A stretch of 25,303 nucleotides of DNA from a virus (taxonomy: Duplodnaviria > Caudoviricetes): IMG/VR virus record IMGVR_UViG_3300032233_001546, positions 1 through 25,303 of that record; one strand, written 5' to 3'. The position numbers and the translations under genes are program-made. The notes beneath the pieces were generated by a model. The model was not told where the DNA came from and searched no databases. It saw only the letters and a program-made list of their open reading frames with translations. Below, piece after piece: positions 1 through 5,646 of the stretch; positions within the stretch are counted from its first letter, which is position 1, and every line of letters starts with the position of its first letter.

Positions 1-632
1 AAGATCGATATGTATTGATCCCTTAGCTTGTAGGGCTCAACGTCGTTTGGATACTCAGACCCAAAGCTGTATGCGTAAGCGATTTTTCTCGGGTGATACT
101 TCATATCCTTGCGGCTGCTGTAGTAGATGAACTTATCGAGAGTCTTGAACCTGTACGCTACGACTTCTTGGTTTCCCATGAATCGTTCTCGCATCCACTT
201 TAATTGATCACCGTCCCACGTCACGAATGAACTGTTGACGTAGCAGTCGCCGGTGTAGTATGACTTATAGATCCTCTCGGTCTCAGTCCAGTAGTTGTAT
301 ATCATCCGCGGTTCTTTGAAACCGTATTCATCGAAGTACGGCTTAAGGTCTTTAAGGATGAGTATGTCTAAGTCGAGAAAGCAGTATGGACCCTTGAATG
401 GGAGCTTATTGAACAGGTCGAGCTTACAGACTGTAAATACATTTGAGTTGAAGAGCGGAAGCATCTCAATGGGATACGTCTTGCACTCAACGCCTCGACT
501 GTTGTCGGTGAAGCAGTAGAACTCAAACGGGCCGGAGTACGTAGCTTTCAGAGTCCTAAATAGCCGGTTGACGTATTCAGGTCCATACTTGATTCCCCAC
601 TTTAAAACTATAAACTTAACGGTCTGATTCAT
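1..632 (-). CDS. Glycosyltransferase (GT-A fold, 'KWG.KY...YVN.L' phage family), 3'-truncated by the window edge; missing from the ORF track
   Basis: Manual translation from ATG at 632-630 is open to the window edge: MNQTVKFIVLKWGIKYGPEYVNRLFRTLKATYSGPFEFYCFTD...GPYCFLDLDILILKDL...CYVNSSFVTWDGDQLKW. It has a DxD motif (DLD) and is a close paralog of 1184..1951. Confidence 0.85.
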   Translation of the reverse strand, partial: MNQTVKFIVLKWGIKYGPEYVNRLFRTLKATYSGPFEFYCFTDNSRGVECKTYPIEMLPLFNSNVFTVCKLDLFNKLPFKGPYCFLDLDILILKDLKPYFDEYGFKEPRMIYNYWTETERIYKSYYTGDCYVNSSFVTWDGDQLKWMRERFMGNQEVVAYRFKTLDKFIYYSSRKDMKYHPRKIAYAYSFGSEYPNDVEPYKLRDQYISI

Positions 633-1278
633 GATAAACGTTTACTGTGTACTCGTAAAGCCAAAGTATTCAATAGAGCACGTCGAGAACTTATACGACC
701 AAGTGCGTAAGTATTTAACGCACGACTTCAAGATGGTTTGTCTTACCGACTCAGAATGGAAGACCGACCAACCGGTTGAGTTCATCGATGTTACATCTTA
801 CGAGTTGGATACTTGGTGGAACAAGATTCTTCTGTTCAACAGGAACATCTCCGGTCCAGGAATCAACCTGTATTTTGACCTCGATGTTCTCATAAGCAAG
901 AACATAGATTTTCTTGTCGAAGACGCTCGTCAAGGCGTCTTAAAAGTGGTCGATACGGTTTGGAAGAACGATGAGTGGTGGAGGCTCGTCGAGAAGCTTG
1001 ATCACAAGAACAAAGAGAGGTTCTTTTGCAACGGTAACTCATCGGTGATGAGCTGGGTCGGAGACTCACACCACTACCTCTATGAGATGCTTATGAAAGA
1101 TATATTCAAGCACACAAGCGAACACTACGGCGACGACACCTTCATCAATAAGTACGGCAGAGTCATGTACCTACCAAAGAAGATCATGACGACCGCTGCG
1201 CAGAAGAAAGTTCGACTTGAAGATGAGAGGATCCTGATTCACTATCATACGATTCCCACAACTCCGTTGCCCAAGTAG
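631..1278 (+). CDS. Glycosyltransferase (GT-A fold, same broad family), the only credible plus-strand gene
   Basis: MINVYCVLVKPKYSIEHVENL...MVCLTD...WWNKILLF...LYFDLDVLI...NSSVMSW...YGDDTFI. The DxD motif plus the WWNK, NSS and GDD motifs are typical of this phage GT family. Confidence 0.8.
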   Translation: MINVYCVLVKPKYSIEHVENLYDQVRKYLTHDFKMVCLTDSEWKTDQPVEFIDVTSYELDTWWNKILLFNRNISGPGINLYFDLDVLISKNIDFLVEDARQGVLKVVDTVWKNDEWWRLVEKLDHKNKERFFCNGNSSVMSWVGDSHHYLYEMLMKDIFKHTSEHYGDDTFINKYGRVMYLPKKIMTTAAQKKVRLEDERILIHYHTIPTTPLPK

Positions 1279-1951
1279 GACCCTCGTGAAGCTCAACGCC
1301 CCTGCCGTGTGACGTGTTGAACATGACGATCGGTGTATTGACGCGACCCTTCTCGTGGTTGTATGAGTGTATCATGCTTCGTGGGTGAAAGTTTAGTCTC
1401 TTAAGCACCGTGTGAAAGAGAAACGTATCTAAGTCTTTGTACTTATAGTCGATGATCTCTTTGTTGTCTTTATAGAACTGCGGTAGCCACTTGAGCTGGT
1501 CACCAGTCCAAGTCACGAACGAGCTGTTGACGTAGCACATTCCCTCTTGAAAAAACACAGGTGCTATCTTTTCGTACGGGACGTCTACGTGCACGCGGGA
1601 AGATATGGAGAACCTCGGCTCGCTAAACTTATACTCATCGAAGTATGCGGTCAAGTCAGACTGAATCAGTATATCTATGTCGAGCAGACAGTACGGACCC
1701 TCGAAGTCGAGACCATCGAATAGGAAGAGCTTCTCCATCGTAAAGCAGTCGTTTTCAATGCTTCGCAGCTCGGCGATGTCTCTCACTTCTACTTGCGATC
1801 TAAGCTCAGAAGGGTCATCAGTATAGCAAAGAAAACGATGAGGCTTATGATATGACCTGCGTATTGACTCACATAGTCTGTTGACATACTCGGCCCCATA
1901 CTTAGTTCCCCACTTCAGACATATGAACTTAATCGGGCTTTCCGATGTCAT
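1184..1951 (-). CDS. Glycosyltransferase (GT-A fold)
   Basis: KFICLKWGTKYGAEYVNRL...FLCYTDD...EKLFLF...LLDIDILI...YVNSSFVTW; DxD motif (DID). Confidence 0.85.
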   Translation of the reverse strand: MTSESPIKFICLKWGTKYGAEYVNRLCESIRRSYHKPHRFLCYTDDPSELRSQVEVRDIAELRSIENDCFTMEKLFLFDGLDFEGPYCLLDIDILIQSDLTAYFDEYKFSEPRFSISSRVHVDVPYEKIAPVFFQEGMCYVNSSFVTWTGDQLKWLPQFYKDNKEIIDYKYKDLDTFLFHTVLKRLNFHPRSMIHSYNHEKGRVNTPIVMFNTSHGRGVELHEGPTWATELWESYDSESGSSHLQVELSSAQRSS

Positions 1952-2588
1952 CCACCATGTCTTCCCAAATGTTTCTATCGTAGATCACATAGCTGAACGT
2001 TAGTCTAGGACTGTCGGTGTACGCGCAGTGCCAGTACATCTTCTCGGGTTCCTTGTCCGAGCCAAAGTACCCAACCTTGCAGTTCCATCCGGCTTTATCC
2101 TCGAACCTGACGAACTTATCGTTGACATGGTCGTAGTGCTCGAAGTAGCCCTTTGCCTCTGGGTTGCACGACAAGACGATGTTGAATCCCGGCGCGTTGC
2201 AGTTCTGGTGCCAACCGATGTAGCCGCCGGCCGGATAGAACATCTGGAGAGCGTTGTTTCGCGCGCCGAAGAAGTTCATGAGCTTACCGTTCGCTTCGTG
2301 CGACTTATCGAGAAGCTCCCTGTCCTCAATGTAGCGACGATCCATCACAAGTTCAAGCCCCCAAGAGTGCCTAGGGTAGCCATACTTTATGGGTTCCTCT
2401 TTGAGCGCGTTTCTTAAGTACTCTTCGCTTACGGCTTCGCGCGCCATCGACTTGACGCTGACGTTCTTTCTTTTCTCATCAGAACCGATGAGAGGCTCAA
2501 GGTGTGAGAAGTCGCGACCGTAGAAGAAGTCGCTGAATTCAGTTAAAATCCCCAGAAGGTCCGGGTTTAGGTCTGATAACGACTGCAT
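1929..2588 (-). CDS. 2OG-Fe(II) oxygenase-like (double-stranded beta-helix) protein with H-x-N metal motif
   Basis: MFYPAGGYIGWHQN...YWHCAYTDSPRLTFSY matches the Y-x-x-G-x-x-x-x-x-H-x-(D/E)...H...R-x-(S/T) layout of 2OG oxygenases, with Asn in place of the carboxylate. Confidence 0.65.
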   Translation of the reverse strand: MQSLSDLNPDLLGILTEFSDFFYGRDFSHLEPLIGSDEKRKNVSVKSMAREAVSEEYLRNALKEEPIKYGYPRHSWGLELVMDRRYIEDRELLDKSHEANGKLMNFFGARNNALQMFYPAGGYIGWHQNCNAPGFNIVLSCNPEAKGYFEHYDHVNDKFVRFEDKAGWNCKVGYFGSDKEPEKMYWHCAYTDSPRLTFSYVIYDRNIWEDMVDDIGKPD

Positions 2589-3288
2589 TCTCTATCCTAT
2601 TTGGTGGTATAGTGTAGTGATACACTATCTGTTCAACGTCTGCGAATTCAGGGTAGTGTTCGAACAAGCTTATGTAGTTGTATGCGTGGCCACCGTCTGG
2701 AAAGAAGTCGTGTTTGATCTTCTTATATTTAGGATCCACGTTCAATAAGTACCAGATTGTGAACTGGTCCCACGGTTTCATTCGAGGATTGTACTTGGCA
2801 AACTGGCTCTGATTCCACTGACACCTGTCCTGAATCAAGTAAGTATCGTACCAATCCTGCATCAGCTGCATAGTGAGCTTCTTTGAATTATACAGGACTA
2901 CACCACCGTGATACTCTAGATCATTGTTCTTATCGATCATACGATCTTTAGAAACTTTTGGTATAATCCTAGTAAACATTATATCATTGTTTCCTAGGAT
3001 GTCAAATACTTTTTTGATATTCTCGGATCTAATTTCAGTATCTGCATCTAGGTAGAATGTCTTATCGTATGGAGTTCTAGCCATAGTGTACATCTTGGCT
3101 CTCTTATGGATCGGGATTCCCGTCTCAATCCTATCAAAGAACTTACGATCAGAGTTTTTAACAAAAGCTTTATGCGTATAGAGTGTTATTTTCGCTTCAG
3201 GATAATAATCGAGAAGCGATATTGCTGAGTTTACAGCTGCTTTATAGAACGCCGAGCTCTGTGAAGCGACGTATAAGAAGCCGTTCAT
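2539..3288 (-). CDS. Glycosyltransferase, GT8-like / nucleotide-diphospho-sugar transferase
   Basis: NGFLYVA...AVNSAISL...TPYDKTFYLDADT...GGVVLY...WDQFT...IVYHYT. It has a DxD motif (DAD), a DQ motif and a C-terminal His as in GT8-like enzymes; GGAG lies upstream of the ATG. Confidence 0.8.
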   Translation of the reverse strand: MNGFLYVASQSSAFYKAAVNSAISLLDYYPEAKITLYTHKAFVKNSDRKFFDRIETGIPIHKRAKMYTMARTPYDKTFYLDADTEIRSENIKKVFDILGNNDIMFTRIIPKVSKDRMIDKNNDLEYHGGVVLYNSKKLTMQLMQDWYDTYLIQDRCQWNQSQFAKYNPRMKPWDQFTIWYLLNVDPKYKKIKHDFFPDGGHAYNYISLFEHYPEFADVEQIVYHYTIPPNRIENAVVIRPKPGPSGDFN

Positions 3289-3290
3289 GT

Positions 3291-3725
3291 TTACTCCGTC
3301 GGCTTGGCCAACGGATCTTCGAGCATGTGGAGAAGAGCTGTATAGACGAGAACTTCGGTCGGCGTTGCGGCACGACGAATCTTGTTCTTGACGTCTCTGT
3401 TCTTAGAGTTCTTCACTATTTCCATGTCGAAAGCTTCGGCCTTGAGATTAAACAGACTTTCTTTTATAGCCCTGTCTTGATCTATCTTAGCACGCTCGGC
3501 CCGTTCGGCCTTTCTTTTCATGTGGCTTTCGAGAGCGTCGCCGGTGTTTTGATCAAGCATATCGACGCCGAACGTATCCATGATTTCTTTCCAATCAGGA
3601 TTCATCATGTCATCGACGTTGCTGATCGACGCGATCAACTCGCGACCGTCGTCATACTTGAAGGTGGCAAGAATGACTGTCTTCTCTTCGTTGCCCCACC
3701 TAGGATTGATGATCTTCCTTGCCAT
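3291..3725 (-). CDS. Putative tail-fibre assembly chaperone-like protein
   Basis: The N-terminus RKIINPRWGNEEKTVILATF resembles the 'NP.W.N.E.T.I' start of Tfa-type fibre chaperones. The C-terminal half is charged and helical, and the gene lies directly after the fibre/tip genes. Confidence 0.45.
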   Translation of the reverse strand: MARKIINPRWGNEEKTVILATFKYDDGRELIASISNVDDMMNPDWKEIMDTFGVDMLDQNTGDALESHMKRKAERAERAKIDQDRAIKESLFNLKAEAFDMEIVKNSKNRDVKNKIRRAATPTEVLVYTALLHMLEDPLAKPTE

Positions 3726-3726
3726 G

Positions 3727-4824
3727 TTATGCGGTCCTTACCCATAAGTAGATTGTTGAGACTGTGCTGCTGTCGTTATTTAACGTATCGCCAGCGTAGC
3801 CACCAGTGTAGCTTCCGGTATAACTTCCTGTGTAAGTTCCACTGTAACCGCCTGCGTAGCCGCCCGTATAGTTTCCAATGTAAGTTCCACTGTAGAAACC
3901 CGTGTATGTACCGCTAAAGAACCCACCTAAGAAGCCGGCGTATGATGGGCGATAGGTTCCTGTGTAGTTGCCGGTGTATGAGCCGGTGTAGCTTCCTGTA
4001 TAAGTTCCGGAATACGTTCCGCTGTATGATCCAGTATACGTTCCGGTGTATGTGCCTGAATAAGTTCCTGAGTAAGACACCGAAGAAGACGTTCTTGTGG
4101 TGTCTAGGAACGAAGCGCCAGACGTCACCCAAGTTCCACCGGCCGGTGTAGTTCCTTGGATCTTATAAGTGCCGATGCCGGTGCTTGCCAAGCGATTCTT
4201 TAGACGCGTCGCAAGCGATTGAATCTCGGCGTCTGACATCTCTTTCAAAGAGACTGGCGAAGTTGCACCATTGATCTTGATCGGGCGCAGTGTTGTTGGG
4301 GTAGTTGCAGCTGCGGTCTTCTTCCAAAGTTGTGTTGTATTTGTAGTCACGGCGTCAAGGGTGTTGGTAATCGTGCTGGTCGAGACCCAAGTGCCTCCGG
4401 TCGGTGAAGACGGCTGAAGGGCATATGAACCTACGCCGGTAGACACTAAATTTGCCAGCGCCGTAGCGATCAAATCAGCGTTCAAATTTGTATCAGACTG
4501 TTCTTTGATCGTTGTATCAAACTCAACTGGGCGTGTTAATGTTTCTGCCGCCGCGCTTTGATCTTGATAGAAGTTGTAAGTCACCGAGATAGGAGTGGTT
4601 CCAATCGGGTGCTGACCAGGCGTCGCGTTCAAGTAAGTATCAGTAAACGTACCAATCAGCGTCAATCCAGTAGTACTTGCGGGATTCACGGTGATGTTGG
4701 CGTTCGACACAGACGCTGTGAACTGCGTGAGTATCAAGTTGACCGCGTAGTCGTAGTCGGTCCCAGAAGCTTGCTTCAGGGAGACTGGTGTCGTAGCGGT
4801 GTTGATTTTAAGTAGCGCTGCCAT
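3727..4824 (-). CDS. Putative virion fibre-tip/adhesin protein: three related ~80-aa domains, the third carrying a 96-aa Y-[ST]-G-x repeat
   Basis: Internal duplications (KINTATTPVSLKQ / KINGATSPVSLKE; STGVGSYALQPSSPTGGTWV / STGIGTYKIQGTTPAGGTWV), Thr/Ser-rich composition, and position after a fibre gene. Confidence 0.6.
   Translation of the reverse strand: MAALLKINTATTPVSLKQASGTDYDYAVNLILTQFTASVSNANITVNPASTTGLTLIGTFTDTYLNATPGQHPIGTTPISVTYNFYQDQSAAAETLTRPVEFDTTIKEQSDTNLNADLIATALANLVSTGVGSYALQPSSPTGGTWVSTSTITNTLDAVTTNTTQLWKKTAAATTPTTLRPIKINGATSPVSLKEMSDAEIQSLATRLKNRLASTGIGTYKIQGTTPAGGTWVTSGASFLDTTRTSSSVSYSGTYSGTYTGTYTGSYSGTYSGTYTGSYTGSYTGNYTGTYRPSYAGFLGGFFSGTYTGFYSGTYIGNYTGGYAGGYSGTYTGSYTGSYTGGYAGDTLNNDSSTVSTIYLWVRTA
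3787..4074 (-). repeat. Coding tandem repeat: 24 x 12-nt units encoding a tetrapeptide array with consensus Y-[ST]-G-[TS]
   Basis: YSGT YSGT YTGT YTGS YSGT YSGT YTGS YTGS YTGN YTGT YRPS YAGF LGGF FSGT YTGF YSGT YIGN YTGG YAGG YSGT YTGS YTGS YTGG YAGD; the period of 4 is unbroken. Confidence 0.95.
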
Positions 4825-4833
4825 AGTTTACGC

Positions 4834-5448
4834 TTATGTTGGAAATGCTTGAACACCGTTCGCGTAGTAGACTACCAATGAGCTGAACGACTGTCCGTTC
4901 GAGTATTGGATGCCTGTCACGACGATGTTTCCAGAAAAAGTCACGGTGTTTGTCGTAGTATTTATGTTGATTGTATTGGTGTTGTACCAGTAAGAGTTAC
5001 CGGAGCTATACACCAATACTTGGCCGTTTCCAACCGAAGATGTGTTTACGTCTGAGAGATCCGAGGTCGTGATCTTCGTGGCGACCAAGGTGTTCGACGC
5101 TGCAGAGTTTACGGTGAGGACTCTAAAGGTGCTGTTGCCCGAGTTAACTGCAACGTTGGCGCCTAGACCTAGGTTCGTCCTATATCCGTTGAAAGCTACG
5201 TTGGCGGTAAACGCGGTGTTAGAAGCAACCGATAAGTTTGCTGTGACCGAGTTGTTGCCGCCTGAAAGAGTGTTGGCATAGAGGGCGTTTGCAGAGAAGG
5301 CTGATGAGACCGCTGCGTTGCCGGTAGCTGTGTTTGAGTTAGTTGTGACGACTTGATTCGACATTGCGTCCGCTAAGACGTTTGTCTTCGTAATCCACTG
5401 ACCGAATGAGTCGGTCGTCGTATTTACGTTTGCGATCGCTATCGTCAT
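4834..5448 (-). CDS. Short tail-fibre-like virion protein
   Basis: The N-terminal 'NV..TDSFGQWITKTN.L' resembles fibre-attachment N-termini of T4-like phages. It also has an 'LSDV...GQVLVY...W.N' fibre motif and an Asn/Thr/Ser-rich beta composition. Confidence 0.65.
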   Translation of the reverse strand: MTIAIANVNTTTDSFGQWITKTNVLADAMSNQVVTTNSNTATGNAAVSSAFSANALYANTLSGGNNSVTANLSVASNTAFTANVAFNGYRTNLGLGANVAVNSGNSTFRVLTVNSAASNTLVATKITTSDLSDVNTSSVGNGQVLVYSSGNSYWYNTNTININTTTNTVTFSGNIVVTGIQYSNGQSFSSLVVYYANGVQAFPT

Positions 5449-5639
5449 TTGTTTAACTTCTCTAGTATTTGAGTCATCATCGACTTGAGCTCATTGACGT
5501 CGGACTTCATCTGCTCAAAGTCTTTGTTTGCCTGTCTAACGCGTTCTCTAGCTTCGCGATAGGCCCTAAGACCCTGAGCGTCTGAGTTCAACACTGCGCC
5601 AGGATTAGTAGTTGATCTCTTCAAAGTTTCGTTATTCAT
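5445..5639 (-). CDS. Small coiled-coil protein of the type that follows VrlC-like genes in T4-like phages
   Basis: LKR....GAVLNSD...Y...R followed by the heptad MKSDVNELKSMMTQILEKL; ATGA overlap with the next gene. Confidence 0.7.
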   Translation of the reverse strand: MNNETLKRSTTNPGAVLNSDAQGLRAYREARERVRQANKDFEQMKSDVNELKSMMTQILEKLNK

Positions 5640-5646
5640 ATTTATA
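5639..5646 (-). promoter_or_regulatory. Candidate T4-type late promoter TATAAATA
   Basis: Exact TATAAATA on the minus strand, overlapping the VrlC stop and the first base of the 64-aa gene's ATG. Confidence 0.5.

Noticed and set aside
1-3288. GT + 2OG oxygenase cluster as a DNA hypermodification system (TET/JBP + glycosyltransferase)
   Set aside because: Not favoured but not excluded. The oxygenase lacks H-x-D and recognisable TET/JBP features, no methyltransferase or nucleotide-metabolism gene is adjacent, and the cluster is coupled to late fibre genes. Nucleoside LC-MS would settle it.
3787-4074. 12-nt periodic DNA considered as a CRISPR array, VNTR or DGR variable repeat
   Set aside because: There are no constant repeats with unique spacers, variation is mostly synonymous or conservative rather than adenine-specific, and no template repeat or reverse transcriptase is in the window.
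3787-4074. Ice-nucleation-protein-like repeat
   Set aside because: InaZ repeats are 8/16-mers (AGYGSTxT) with TxT motifs; this is a period-4 Y-[ST]-G-x array, so only the composition is similar.
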